Source: Ignavibacteria bacterium
GTDB taxonomy: Bacteria; Bacteroidota; Ignavibacteria; Tepidaquicellales; OLB5
Assembly: GCA_014879675.1 (NCBI GenBank)
Contig: JACSRQ010000098.1
Location: 1 to 59,108 of the forward strand
Direction: 5' to 3'
DNA: 59,108 bases
Both the position numbers and the translations under genes were made by a program. The notes under the pieces are model-generated. The model was not told the DNA's origin and did no database searches. It saw only the letters and a list, made by a program, of their open reading frames with translations. Positions 44,709 to 54,448 of the stretch are shown here, one piece after another. Within the stretch, counting starts at the first letter, position 1; each line of letters begins with the position of its first letter.

Positions 44709-46004
44709 ATGATAGAAAGATATACTCTCTCCGAAATAGGCAAGATATGGTCAGAAGAGAACAAGTTCTCTATCTGGCTTAAGATAGAAATATTCGCATC
44801 CGAAGCGAACAATAAGCTGGGCATAGTTCCCGCATCTGCGCTGAAAAAAATACGCTCAAGGGCAAAGTTTGATGTTAAAAAGATAAACGCCATCGAAGCG
44901 GTCGTTAAGCATGATGTGATCGCATTCCTTACTAATGTAGGCAGCTATATCGGACCGGAATCAAGGTTCGTGCATTACGGCATGACAAGCTCGGATGTGC
45001 TTGATACAGCGCTTTCGGTACAGATGAAGGAAGCAGGGGAGCTAATCCTGGCGCAGTTACTGAAGCTGCGCACATCGCTCGGTAAAAAGGCGCGCAAATA
45101 CAAATACCTGCCCATGGTTGGCAGAACACACGGAGTGCACGCAGAAGCCATTACGCTCGGACTCAAATTCGCCCTCTGGTACGATGAAGTGAACCGTGAT
45201 ATTGAAAGATTAAAAACAGCTATCAAAACTGTTTCAGTCGGTAAGATATCAGGAGCAGTTGGTACTTATGAGCATTTGAATCCGTATGTTGAGCGTTATG
45301 TCTGCAAAAAGCTGGGACTCAAACCGGCTAATGCAGCAACACAGATCATTCAGCGCGATATTCACGCCGAATACATGTCAACCCTAGCAATCATAGCCTG
45401 TTCACTCGAAAAATTCGCAACAGAAATACGTCACCAGCAGAAAACAGAAGTATTGGAGCTTGAAGAGCCGTTCACAAAAGGGCAGAAGGGTTCATCAGCC
45501 ATGCCGCATAAGAAGAATCCCGTTATATGCGAGCGCATTGCCGGACTCGCGCGCATTATCCGTGGCAATTCAATTGCAGCAATGGAGAATGTCAATCTAT
45601 GGCACGAGCGCGATATTTCGCATTCATCAGTAGAACGAATGATCATGCCGGATAGCACCATGCTGCTTTACTATATGCTGGTTAAAATGCTTGAAGTGAT
45701 AGATGGTATCGTAGTTAATAAGGATAATATCGCCCGGAACCTAAACCGTACGCACGGACTCATCTACTCTCAGCGTGCGCTGCTCAAACTAGTTGAGGCA
45801 GGTTTGACCCGCGAGCAGGCATATAAAGCAGTGCAGGATAATGCCATGAAGTCATGGAAGACCGGTGAGGATTTCCGCAAACTGCTGGAATCAGACCCTG
45901 TGATCTCTTCAAAAGTGAAGCCGGCACAAATCGAAGATATATTCGATCCCAAAAAGGTATTTAAGAATATAGATTACATTTTTAAGAATACGGGGATTAA
46001 GTAG
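44709..46004 (+). CDS. purB: Adenylosuccinate lyase
   Basis: Fumarate-lyase signature GSSAMPHKKNP and a conserved N-terminus (MIERYTLSEIGKIWSEENKF). Confidence 0.95.
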   Translation: MIERYTLSEIGKIWSEENKFSIWLKIEIFASEANNKLGIVPASALKKIRSRAKFDVKKINAIEAVVKHDVIAFLTNVGSYIGPESRFVHYGMTSSDVLDTALSVQMKEAGELILAQLLKLRTSLGKKARKYKYLPMVGRTHGVHAEAITLGLKFALWYDEVNRDIERLKTAIKTVSVGKISGAVGTYEHLNPYVERYVCKKLGLKPANAATQIIQRDIHAEYMSTLAIIACSLEKFATEIRHQQKTEVLELEEPFTKGQKGSSAMPHKKNPVICERIAGLARIIRGNSIAAMENVNLWHERDISHSSVERMIMPDSTMLLYYMLVKMLEVIDGIVVNKDNIARNLNRTHGLIYSQRALLKLVEAGLTREQAYKAVQDNAMKSWKTGEDFRKLLESDPVISSKVKPAQIEDIFDPKKVFKNIDYIFKNTGIK

Positions 46005-46460
46005 TTAAAATTCAATGGATTTAACTCGAAGGTCATTCAAGTTGAATCTTTATATAGCTAACAACATGTAACATGCGGCTTGCAACCAGTAACCTGCATC
46101 TTGCAGTCAAATCCGCAATCAACAATCCGCATCCCGCAATGAAATGTTCTGCATTCCGTACAGGTTTCCTTCATTCCTTGAAATATTCACAATTTTTCAC
46201 TAAATTAGCAGTCTAACAGATGAACTATTTTAGCCCGCCTGGCTGCTAAAAACTGTTCCGAAACCGCAGATTCAGGTTTCGTATCATATTCAAAGTCAGG
46301 ATTAGCGTTAAAAATACCTGTCTGCCAAGTGCAGACTTCTAAAAATATCCGTTTTAAAGTTCTTTGATAATTGAGAAATCACTATTATTTCTCTCTTATC
46401 TGTTTTTAATTAAGATCGCACTTTTTGACATTTGGTTTTTAGCATTTGTCATTATTACCC

Positions 46461-46534
46461 GGGCGGTTAGCTCAGTTGGTTAGAGCGCCACGTTGACATC
46501 GTGGAGGTCACCGGTTCGAATCCAGTACCGCCCA
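46461..46534 (+). tRNA. tRNA-Val (anticodon GAC)
   Basis: Acceptor GGGCGGT/ACCGCCC, D arm GCTC-AGTTGGTTA-GAGC, anticodon arm CCACG-TTGACAT-CGTGG, and T arm ACCGG-TTCGAAT-CCAGT with one C-A mismatch. Confidence 0.85.
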
Positions 46535-46614
46535 CAAGCGAAAGTTTGATGGCCGGATGAACTTTAAGAGGACGAAAATAATGTTACCTCTAATCCCGTC
46601 TCCATTTATAGAGA

Positions 46615-46631
46615 TACCGCCCACAAGCGAA
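46615..46631 (+). repeat. 17-bp direct repeat of the tRNA-Val 3' end (att-like scar)
   Basis: taccgcccacaagcgaa at 46526-46542 (the last 9 nt of the tRNA plus 8 nt of flank) is repeated exactly at 46615-46631. Confidence 0.7.
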
Positions 46632-46697
46632 GTTATGTTTCATAGCAGCAAGTCTTAAGGTTTTAAAAGCAAAAAGTAAATCAAATAAATATATAAG

Positions 46698-47873
46698 ATG
46701 AACAAAACTATCAAAATATCAATTTTTCTATTTCTGTTTTTGTTCTCCTCGAACATTTTTTCACAGATATATTCACCAAAGGATATAATTAATGTTTACG
46801 ATCCGTTTACAATAACATTCGGTGATCTTGTACTCAATACCAATGATGATGAGTTCAAGGAGCATAATTTTCTTATAATTATTACTATTACCGTTGGTCC
46901 TGAAAAGATCATTAAATTTTTATACAAAGATGATCTGCTGATCAACAATGTTAAGAATTACGACGATAACTACTGGGCTATCAGTTTCACGGCACGCAAA
47001 AATAATGTAGTGCTCATTCCCGCTATATTCAACATTGCCAATAACGGCGGTATGCTGAATATCAAAATGGAAGGCTATTCAAACATCAGCGCAGGCGATG
47101 AAACCATGATGAGCCAGCTCAGCACAGGGTATGTTTACACCAGTTCAACCATGTACGGCTCAATTGAGCAGGCATACAAATACCTCGCAACCTCACCTGA
47201 TGTGAACAAGCCTAATACCAGCCTGCTCACAACCGCAGAAGTGCTGCAGAGGAACGTTTCAACCAGGCCCGGAATATTTTATCTTGGCAATCCAACAGAA
47301 GTAAGCTACGCAATTCCGCAGGATCCGAAAAAAGTTGTAGGTTCAAATCTGCTGATACAGGGACAGAAGAAGATTGAATCAAAAATATCTAACAAAACAC
47401 TCGACCAGTGGAATCTGACATTCACAAAACTGTTCGATGTGAAGATAATACAGAGCGAAACATACTACAATAAACTCAAAGGCGCGTTCAATGATATAAT
47501 CAATATGCCGATCATCGATGAAAGCAAACGTGAGGGACTTATCGCAAGGTGTAACGAGATTATCAACGAAGATCTTGTAATGGGCAGAAAAACAGGTCAG
47601 TACCTGAATGATGAAGCTATCCAGCAGTTCACTTTCTTAATGAATTTTGTAAAAGCAGGCATCAGGGCTAAAAGCGATACAGCAGGCGTTACCGCTGATT
47701 TCATGAAATCTGACGAAAGGGAAGCGCTCAATTATTTTGAGACGAACCTTAAGGAAAATGATTACAATCTGGATAACCAGTATGTGTATGATGACTTTTT
47801 AAATTCATCGGTTAACCGCGGCGCGATCCAGAAAGAGGTAGATATAATCAGAAGATATTATCAGATTAAATAG
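46698..47873 (+). CDS. Hypothetical secreted protein (no recognisable domain)
   Basis: Signal peptide. The long ORF looks A/T-rich and N/I/K-rich by eye. Confidence 0.6.
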   Translation: MNKTIKISIFLFLFLFSSNIFSQIYSPKDIINVYDPFTITFGDLVLNTNDDEFKEHNFLIIITITVGPEKIIKFLYKDDLLINNVKNYDDNYWAISFTARKNNVVLIPAIFNIANNGGMLNIKMEGYSNISAGDETMMSQLSTGYVYTSSTMYGSIEQAYKYLATSPDVNKPNTSLLTTAEVLQRNVSTRPGIFYLGNPTEVSYAIPQDPKKVVGSNLLIQGQKKIESKISNKTLDQWNLTFTKLFDVKIIQSETYYNKLKGAFNDIINMPIIDESKREGLIARCNEIINEDLVMGRKTGQYLNDEAIQQFTFLMNFVKAGIRAKSDTAGVTADFMKSDEREALNYFETNLKENDYNLDNQYVYDDFLNSSVNRGAIQKEVDIIRRYYQIK

Positions 47874-48033
47874 TTTTTAACCCTGAGCGTTAACGAAGGG
47901 GCTTATTCGAAAAAGTTTAGTGTGAAGTTTTTTTAGCCCATGAATTCAGTCGGGGGTAATTTGTAAAGCAATTCTTTAAAATAACCGCTTCAGCGGTTTA
48001 AATGAAAAAGTTTTACCGAAAGTTTAAAGCAAA

Positions 48034-49968
48034 TTGAGCAATAACGAAAATATTAAGATTACTTTTCCTGACGGCAATTCAAAAGAATTCCCCAAGGGCA
48101 CTTCATCGCTTGAAATAGCGGCTTCGATCAGCAAAGGGCTTGCAGAAGACGTACTGGTTGCCGAAGTTAACGGTAAATTGGTCGATCTCGTAAACCCGAT
48201 CAGCGAAGACTCTTCCGTGAAGTTTTACAAATTTGCAGATGATGAAGGCAGGAAAGTTTACTGGCATACCACCAGCCATATAATGGCGCAGGCAGTCGAA
48301 GAGCTTTTCCCCGGCGCTAAGTTCGGCGTAGGACCGCCTATTGAAAACGGATTTTACTATGATGTCGATACCGAGCATAAGTTCACAGAAGAAGATCTGA
48401 AAAAGATCGAAGACCGCATGCTTGAAATTGCTAAACGCGACCTTAAAACTGTGCGTGAAGAATTGAAACGCGAAGATGCGATAGAGTACTTCAAATCCAA
48501 GAGGGTTGATCCATACAAAGTAGAAATACTTGAGGATATTGCTAAGAACGAAGAGTATGTTTCATTGTATCACCAGGGCGGATTTACAGATCTTTGCCGC
48601 GGGCCGCATATGCCGACTACCGCAAAGTTGAAAAACATCAAGCTTCTGAGTGTATCCGGTTCATACTGGCGCGGTGATTCAGACCGCCAGCAGCTGCAGA
48701 GGATCTACGGTGTATCTTTTCCCAAGAAAAAAGAGCTTGATGAATACCTGCATTTGCTTGAAGAAGCCAAAAGACGTGATCACCGTAAATTAGGTAAAGA
48801 GCTTGAGCTGTTCATGTTCCACGAATACTGCCCTGGTGCGCCATTCTGGCTGCCCAACGGCATGGTTATTTTTAAGGAGCTGGAAAAATACTGGCGCGAT
48901 ATACATGATAATAACGGGTATAATGAAATAAATACTCCGATATTGGTTAAGGATAAACTTTTTGCACAGTCTGGGCATTTAGATCATTATAAGGAACATA
49001 TGTTCAAGGTTGAAGATGGTGATGAGACTTATTACCTGAAGCCAATGAACTGTCCCGAAGCTACCTTGGTTTATTCATCTAAGATGAGAAGTTACAAAGA
49101 TCTCCCGCTCAGGCTGAGCGAGATCGGAAGGCTTCACCGCAACGAACTTCGCGGCGCATTAGGCGGAATGTTCCGTGTAAGGCAGATCACCATGGATGAT
49201 GCTCATATTTTTTGCACTCCCGAACAGATCCAGCAGGAAATTACCGGTGTTATGGGTTTGATAAAAAGATTTTACGCATTGTTCGGACTCGAGCCGAGGT
49301 TCTATCTTTCAACCAGGCCTGATGAGGCAATGGGTACCAAGGAAGCATGGGATAACGCCGAAGCAGCACTTGCCGCAGCATTGGATGCTAACGAGCTTAA
49401 ATACGAAGTTAAGGAAAAAGACGGTGCATTTTACGGTCCGAAAATTGATGTTCATATTAAAGATGCGCTTAACAGGGATTGGCAGATAGCGACAATTCAG
49501 CTTGATTCCAATCTGCCCGAAAGGTTCGACTTAACCTATGAAGGCAGTGACGGGCAGAAGCACAGGCCAGTGATGGTACATCGCGCAATTTTCGGAAGCT
49601 TCGAGAGGTTTATCGGAATGATCATTGAGCACTTTGCAGGAAATTTCCCGCTGTGGCTTTCGCCGCTCCAGGTTGCAGTGCTCGCAATTACTGATAACCA
49701 GTTAGAGTACGCGAAGGAAATTAATGATAAATTGCGGAATGCCGGCTTCAGAACGGCGCTTGATGACCGCAGTGAAAAAGTGGGCTACAAAATACGCGAT
49801 TGGGAAACCAAAAAAGTACCGTATATGATAGTTCTGGGCGATAAGGAAAAACAAAACGGCAACATAACCGTTAGAGCGCACAAGAAAGGCGATCTTGGCG
49901 TGTTTGAGCTTGAGAATTTTATAGCCCGCATTGCTGAAGAGCGGGATACAAAAAAAATTAATTCATAA
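48034..49968 (+). CDS. thrS: Threonine-tRNA ligase
   Basis: TTG start, TGS domain N-terminus, class II motifs (FRVRQITMDDAHIF, HRAIFGSFERF) and the anticodon-binding C-terminus. Confidence 0.95.
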   Translation: MSNNENIKITFPDGNSKEFPKGTSSLEIAASISKGLAEDVLVAEVNGKLVDLVNPISEDSSVKFYKFADDEGRKVYWHTTSHIMAQAVEELFPGAKFGVGPPIENGFYYDVDTEHKFTEEDLKKIEDRMLEIAKRDLKTVREELKREDAIEYFKSKRVDPYKVEILEDIAKNEEYVSLYHQGGFTDLCRGPHMPTTAKLKNIKLLSVSGSYWRGDSDRQQLQRIYGVSFPKKKELDEYLHLLEEAKRRDHRKLGKELELFMFHEYCPGAPFWLPNGMVIFKELEKYWRDIHDNNGYNEINTPILVKDKLFAQSGHLDHYKEHMFKVEDGDETYYLKPMNCPEATLVYSSKMRSYKDLPLRLSEIGRLHRNELRGALGGMFRVRQITMDDAHIFCTPEQIQQEITGVMGLIKRFYALFGLEPRFYLSTRPDEAMGTKEAWDNAEAALAAALDANELKYEVKEKDGAFYGPKIDVHIKDALNRDWQIATIQLDSNLPERFDLTYEGSDGQKHRPVMVHRAIFGSFERFIGMIIEHFAGNFPLWLSPLQVAVLAITDNQLEYAKEINDKLRNAGFRTALDDRSEKVGYKIRDWETKKVPYMIVLGDKEKQNGNITVRAHKKGDLGVFELENFIARIAEERDTKKINS

Positions 49969-49987
49969 CATTTAAAGGAGAATTCCT

Positions 49988-50689
49988 ATTAAAGAAAAAA
50001 AGATAAAGACACGCATCAACGAACAGATACGTGTACCTGAAGTAAGGGTAATTGATGATAACGGCGATCAGCTTGGTATCAAAAGTACACAGGATGCCCT
50101 TAGGCTCGCCAGGTCAAAAGATCTTGATCTTATTGAAGTTTCACCGAATGCCAAACCGCCTGTTTGCAGAATAAGCAATTTCGGCAAGTACAATTACGAG
50201 AAACAGAAAAAAGAAAAAGAGCAGAAGAAGAGCAAAAGCTCAACCCAGCTAAAGGAAATACGTTTCCATCCAAATACTGATACGCATGATATGGATTTCA
50301 AGTGCAGGCATTTGGTTGAGTTCCTTTTACAGGGGCACAAAGTTAAAGCTACAATTATATTTATCGGCAGGATGATGGTTCACCAGGATATAGGCAGAAA
50401 GCTTATGGATGAAATACTCGAAAAGCTGAGCGTTGTTGGCAAGGTTGAACAGCCTCCCAAAATGGAAGGACGTTACCTGACCGTTATGATGATACCTGAA
50501 AAGAAAAAGATCGATGAATATAAGAAGAACCTGGAAAAATTAAAACCGGGCTCGGCCAGTACGAAACTCGAGGCGCTGAAGCCGGGTGACCTTGTAACTG
50601 ATACGGATGACGGCAATGGAGCTGAGGTTACAGAACCGGATGTGGTTAAAGAGACAGATGGTGTTACAGAACCGAATGAAATAAAATAG
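49988..50689 (+). CDS. infC: Translation initiation factor IF-3 (ATT start, extended acidic C-terminal tail)
   Basis: The in-frame reading from ATT 49988 gives IKEKKIKTRINEQIRVPEVRVIDDNGDQLGI..., the conserved IF-3 N-domain. AAGGAG at 49975-80 lies 7 nt upstream and a TAA at 49973 closes the frame upstream. The ORF track only reported the frame from an internal ATG at 50291. Confidence 0.85.
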   Translation: MKEKKIKTRINEQIRVPEVRVIDDNGDQLGIKSTQDALRLARSKDLDLIEVSPNAKPPVCRISNFGKYNYEKQKKEKEQKKSKSSTQLKEIRFHPNTDTHDMDFKCRHLVEFLLQGHKVKATIIFIGRMMVHQDIGRKLMDEILEKLSVVGKVEQPPKMEGRYLTVMMIPEKKKIDEYKKNLEKLKPGSASTKLEALKPGDLVTDTDDGNGAEVTEPDVVKETDGVTEPNEIK

Positions 50690-50757
50690 CAATAAATATA
50701 GTTTCGCTGTTTAAATAGTAAAGAAAAATTCAATCATTATAGAAAGTAAGGTATAAA

Positions 50758-50952
50758 ATGCCAAAGATGAAATCAAACCGCGGTGCAGCGAAATCCTTCA
50801 AGGTAACCGGCACCGGTAAGGTGAAGAGGAAACATTCTTTAAAAAGACACATTCTTACCAAAAAATCCTCAAAGAGGATCCGCCAGCTCAGGCACGATGC
50901 TATCGTATCGGATGCAGATGCAAAGCGCGTTAAAAGAATGCTTCTTGCTTAA
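50758..50952 (+). CDS. rpmI: 50S ribosomal protein L35
   Basis: [25 protein letters not shown]... is the typical L35 sequence, and the gene sits in the infC-rpmI-rplT order. Confidence 0.95.
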   Translation: MPKMKSNRGAAKSFKVTGTGKVKRKHSLKRHILTKKSSKRIRQLRHDAIVSDADAKRVKRMLLA

Positions 50953-50992
50953 CAATTGTAAATAATATAAAATATAAGGAGATAATAATAAT

Positions 50993-51340
50993 ATGCCGCG
51001 TTCAGTTAATGCAGTAGCTTCCAGAAAAAGACGGAAGAGGATGCTTGCCAAAGCTAAAGGCTACTGGGGCAGAAGAAGTAAAGTAACGACAGTTGCGAAA
51101 CACAGTGTAGAAAAAGCAGGCCAGCACGCTTATACCGGCCGCAAGCTTAAAAAAAGGGTTATGCGCAATATCTGGACAGTACGTATAAACGCTGCTGCCA
51201 GGGATAACAACACAACATATTCAAAGCTTATCGGCGCACTTCACAAAAAGAATATCGATATCAACAGGAAAGTTCTTGCACAGCTTGCTTATGATAATCC
51301 CCCGGCATTCAGTGAAGTTGTTAAGTTTGCCTTAAGCTAA
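50993..51340 (+). CDS. rplT: 50S ribosomal protein L20
   Basis: [26 protein letters not shown]... is the typical L20 sequence. Confidence 0.95.
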   Translation: MPRSVNAVASRKRRKRMLAKAKGYWGRRSKVTTVAKHSVEKAGQHAYTGRKLKKRVMRNIWTVRINAAARDNNTTYSKLIGALHKKNIDINRKVLAQLAYDNPPAFSEVVKFALS

Positions 51341-51354
51341 ACAGGGAGCACATA

Positions 51355-52374
51355 ATGCTTAATAATCTGGCCGATATAGAGCAGGAGATCACCTCCTGCC
51401 CGGTAGGTAATAAGGAAGAGCTCGAAGCTTACAGGCTGAAGTATCTTTCACGCAACGGCTTGTTAACCTCTCTGTTTGAAGACCTCAAAGGTGTGAGCAG
51501 GGAAGAAAAGCCCGCAGCAGGCAAGAAGCTAAACGAGATCAAACGAATGGCTGAAGCGAAGTTTAACACCGCTAAGGCTGAGCTTGAAGATAAAGATACC
51601 GGCAGCGCGGATATGGATCTGACGATACCCGGCAGGTCATTCTCAGTTGGAAGGGAGCACATCCTTTCGCAAACTCTTGCCGAAATGGTTAAGATATTCC
51701 GCGAGATAGGTTTTAAAGTAACCGATGGCCCGGAGCTTGAAGAAGAATTTTACAATTTTGATGCCCTTAACACACCAGCACACCATCCCGCAAGAGATAT
51801 GCAGGATACTTTTTACGTGCAGGATAAAAATGACAGAGATAAAAAGTACGTTCTGCGTACACATACATCACCTGTTCAGATCAGGACAATGCTTAAGAAT
51901 AAACCACCGCTCAGGATCGTTTCCCCGGGCAAGGTATTCCGCAATGAAACTGTCACATACAAGAACTACTTCATGTTTCAACAGATAGAAGGTCTGTATG
52001 TGGATAAAAATGTTTCAATGCGCGATCTTAAAGGAGTACTTGATTATTTTTTCAGGAAATTTTACGGCGAGAAAACTGTTACCCGTTTTATACCAAGCTT
52101 TTTCCCGTTCACCGAGCCTTCAGGTCAGGTGGATGTAAGCTGCTTTATCTGCGGCGGTAAAGGCTGTAAAACTTGCAAAGAAACCGGCTGGCTTGAAATT
52201 GGCGGCTGCGGAATGGTTGACCCGAATGTATTCAGATCGGTCAATATTGACCCTGAAGAATATACAGGTTATGCATTCGGCATGGGTATCGAAAGGCTTG
52301 CTATGATGAAGTATGGAATTAAGGATATCAGAACGTTCTACCAGAATGATGTTAGATTTCTCGACCAGTTCTGA
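51355..52374 (+). CDS. pheS: Phenylalanine-tRNA ligase alpha subunit
   Basis: Class II motifs (HPARDMQDTFY, LRTHTSPVQIR, FRNE, GFAFGMGIERLAM). Confidence 0.95.
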   Translation: MLNNLADIEQEITSCPVGNKEELEAYRLKYLSRNGLLTSLFEDLKGVSREEKPAAGKKLNEIKRMAEAKFNTAKAELEDKDTGSADMDLTIPGRSFSVGREHILSQTLAEMVKIFREIGFKVTDGPELEEEFYNFDALNTPAHHPARDMQDTFYVQDKNDRDKKYVLRTHTSPVQIRTMLKNKPPLRIVSPGKVFRNETVTYKNYFMFQQIEGLYVDKNVSMRDLKGVLDYFFRKFYGEKTVTRFIPSFFPFTEPSGQVDVSCFICGGKGCKTCKETGWLEIGGCGMVDPNVFRSVNIDPEEYTGYAFGMGIERLAMMKYGIKDIRTFYQNDVRFLDQF

Positions 52375-52376
52375 CG

Positions 52377-53012
52377 TTGATTGAGATAATTACCATAGAA
52401 TCAGTTATCGTTTTTGTTCTTTGTTATATAATCGGATCTTTCCCAACTGCCTACCTGCTTGTAAAAGCAGCTTCTGGCAAGGATGTAACACGTGAAGGCT
52501 CTGGAAATGTTGGTACGCTGAATTCATTCCAGGTCAGCAAATCAAAATGGGTGGGTATAGTAGTCTTGCTTACCGATCTTTTCAAAGGGCTTGTTCCGGT
52601 TTATATCATGATGTACGTAATGAACATGGCATACCCGGTGGCTATGATTGGCGCCTGTGCATTGATCCTGGGCCATAACTACCCCGTTTGGCTGAAATTT
52701 AAAGGCGGCAGGGGATTAGCAACAGGGGCGGGAATTTTTATGATAGTAAATTTTTATATACTCGTCGGATGGCTGCTTGTGTGGGCCGCCGCTTTCGCGT
52801 TCAAAAGAGATGTACTGATCGCAAACGCAGCAGCGACATTTTCTCTTCCACTGATAGTTGTACTTGTAAACATATTTCCATGGATGGTAACAGGCAGCGG
52901 GCTGAATGGTTTCACTTTAACATACTTTACCGTTTTTTCGCTTGTAATCACATTCATAATTTTGCTTAGGCACACAGAAGTATTTAAGAAGTCAGAAAAA
53001 AAGGTTTCCTGA
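52377..53012 (+). CDS. plsY: Glycerol-3-phosphate acyltransferase PlsY
   Basis: TTG start. Motifs GSFPTAYLL, GSGNVGTLN and FKGGRGLATGAG, with about 6 TM helices. Confidence 0.85.
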   Translation: MIEIITIESVIVFVLCYIIGSFPTAYLLVKAASGKDVTREGSGNVGTLNSFQVSKSKWVGIVVLLTDLFKGLVPVYIMMYVMNMAYPVAMIGACALILGHNYPVWLKFKGGRGLATGAGIFMIVNFYILVGWLLVWAAAFAFKRDVLIANAAATFSLPLIVVLVNIFPWMVTGSGLNGFTLTYFTVFSLVITFIILLRHTEVFKKSEKKVS

Positions 53013-53069
53013 AAACCGGTATCACAACAATAAAATCTAAAGACATTTAAACTTAAACAAACCCAGAGA

Positions 53070-53960
53070 ATGTTTCCTAATCTAAAGAACCCGGTATTTA
53101 CCGATGCAGATGATCTTAACGAGATCGCAAGACAGCTGAGAAGAGATGTAATCAACATGCTGCTACTCTCAAAGTCAGGCCATTCAGGCGGTCCGCTCGG
53201 TCTGGCTGATATTTTTGCCGCTTTGTATTTCAATAAGCTGTCATTACTTCCCGAAGATCCGTTAAACAATGAAAGAGATTTTGTATTTCTTTCAATTGGT
53301 CATGTTGCGCCGATATGGTATGCAACGCTTTCGAGGAGAGGATTTTTCCCTACCGAAGAGCTCAAGACCTTAAGAAAAGTTAACGGCAGGCTGCAGGGAC
53401 ATCCTGCACCGCTAAAAACACACGGCTTACCCGGTGTTGAAATTGCTTCCGGTGCGCTTGGCCAGGGACTTTCAATAGCAGTAGGTGCAGCGCTTGGCTT
53501 AAGGCTCTCGGGCAAACCGAACCATGTATATTGCATCTGCGGCGATGGCGAGCTTGGCGAAGGCCAGATATGGGAAGCTGCAATGACTGCAGACCATCAC
53601 AAAACAGATAATCTTACAGTAATAATTGACAGGAACCACTGCCAGATTGATAACCGTACCGAAAAAGTACTGAAGCTTGAACCGCTCGCGGATAAATGGA
53701 GCGCGTTCGGCTTTGAAGTGTTCGAAATGGACGGCCATAACATGAAAGAGATACTTGAAACACTTGACAAGGTAAAAAAAGTTAAAGGCAAACCAACTGC
53801 TATTATTGCACATACAAAAATGGGCAGGGGAGTTTCCTTTATGGAAGATGATTATAAATGGCACGGAGTACCGCCGAATGATGAACAGGGCAAGATAGCT
53901 TTAAGTGAGCTTGCTCCCACTAAGTATGGTGATTTTGTTGATTACTATGGAGGAAAATGA
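53070..53960 (+). CDS. Transketolase, N-terminal (TPP-binding) subunit
   Basis: SGHSGGPLG, GHVAP and GDGELGEGQIWEAAM motifs. The split-type subunit is about 296 aa. Confidence 0.9.
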   Translation: MFPNLKNPVFTDADDLNEIARQLRRDVINMLLLSKSGHSGGPLGLADIFAALYFNKLSLLPEDPLNNERDFVFLSIGHVAPIWYATLSRRGFFPTEELKTLRKVNGRLQGHPAPLKTHGLPGVEIASGALGQGLSIAVGAALGLRLSGKPNHVYCICGDGELGEGQIWEAAMTADHHKTDNLTVIIDRNHCQIDNRTEKVLKLEPLADKWSAFGFEVFEMDGHNMKEILETLDKVKKVKGKPTAIIAHTKMGRGVSFMEDDYKWHGVPPNDEQGKIALSELAPTKYGDFVDYYGGK

Positions 53961-54436
53961 GATTGTCTAAAGTAATCTATTTGATCCTTTCAGCGGTAGT
54001 TATCACCTTGGTATCATGTTCCGGAATGGACGGCGAAATCAAAAAAGTGCCGGCTGAAATGATCCTAAGCGGTACTTTCTGCGCAATAGATACCAAAAGG
54101 GAAGAGGTCATAAACAACAAGGATGAGTATGATAAACTCATGAAAGATGTTTACGCGAATCTTGACCAGGTGCCGAAAACACCATTTGTTAATTTTGAAA
54201 AGAATACGCTTGTCGCGGTGTTTACCGGTGCAAGAAATTCCGGCGGCTATATGGTAAATATCGATAGCATCACCGAAGGCTCCAAAAACCTGACGGTTTT
54301 TGTAACTGAAACTAAACCCGGAAAATCCTGCGTAGTAACCGATGCCATAACAAAACCTTTTGTCATAGTTAAAATTCCTAAAACGGATAAAAAACCGGTT
54401 TATAAGTACAACGAAATTGTTAATGAATGCCAATAA
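53957..54436 (+). CDS. PrcB-like (protease complex subunit PrcB C-terminal domain family) lipoprotein
   Basis: ATGA overlap with the transketolase N-subunit stop. Lipobox LVSC. Domain pattern NTLVAVFTGARNSGGYMVNIDSI...LTVFVTETKPGKSCVVTDAITKPFVIVKIPK. Confidence 0.6.
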   Translation: MRLSKVIYLILSAVVITLVSCSGMDGEIKKVPAEMILSGTFCAIDTKREEVINNKDEYDKLMKDVYANLDQVPKTPFVNFEKNTLVAVFTGARNSGGYMVNIDSITEGSKNLTVFVTETKPGKSCVVTDAITKPFVIVKIPKTDKKPVYKYNEIVNECQ

Positions 54437-54448
54437 AATCCATTAAAG

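Noticed and set aside
46461-46534. tRNA-Val as a pseudogene because of a C-A mismatch in the T stem.
   Set aside because: All other stems, the invariant T-loop (TTCGAAT), the D-loop GG and the anticodon loop are canonical. One mismatch is tolerable, so it is kept as a functional tRNA with slightly reduced confidence.
50291-50689. The ORF-track call of a 132-aa protein starting at ATG 50291.
   Set aside because: The upstream in-frame sequence encodes the conserved IF-3 N-domain and linker. The true gene starts at ATT 49988, so the 132-aa ORF is only the C-terminal part of infC.
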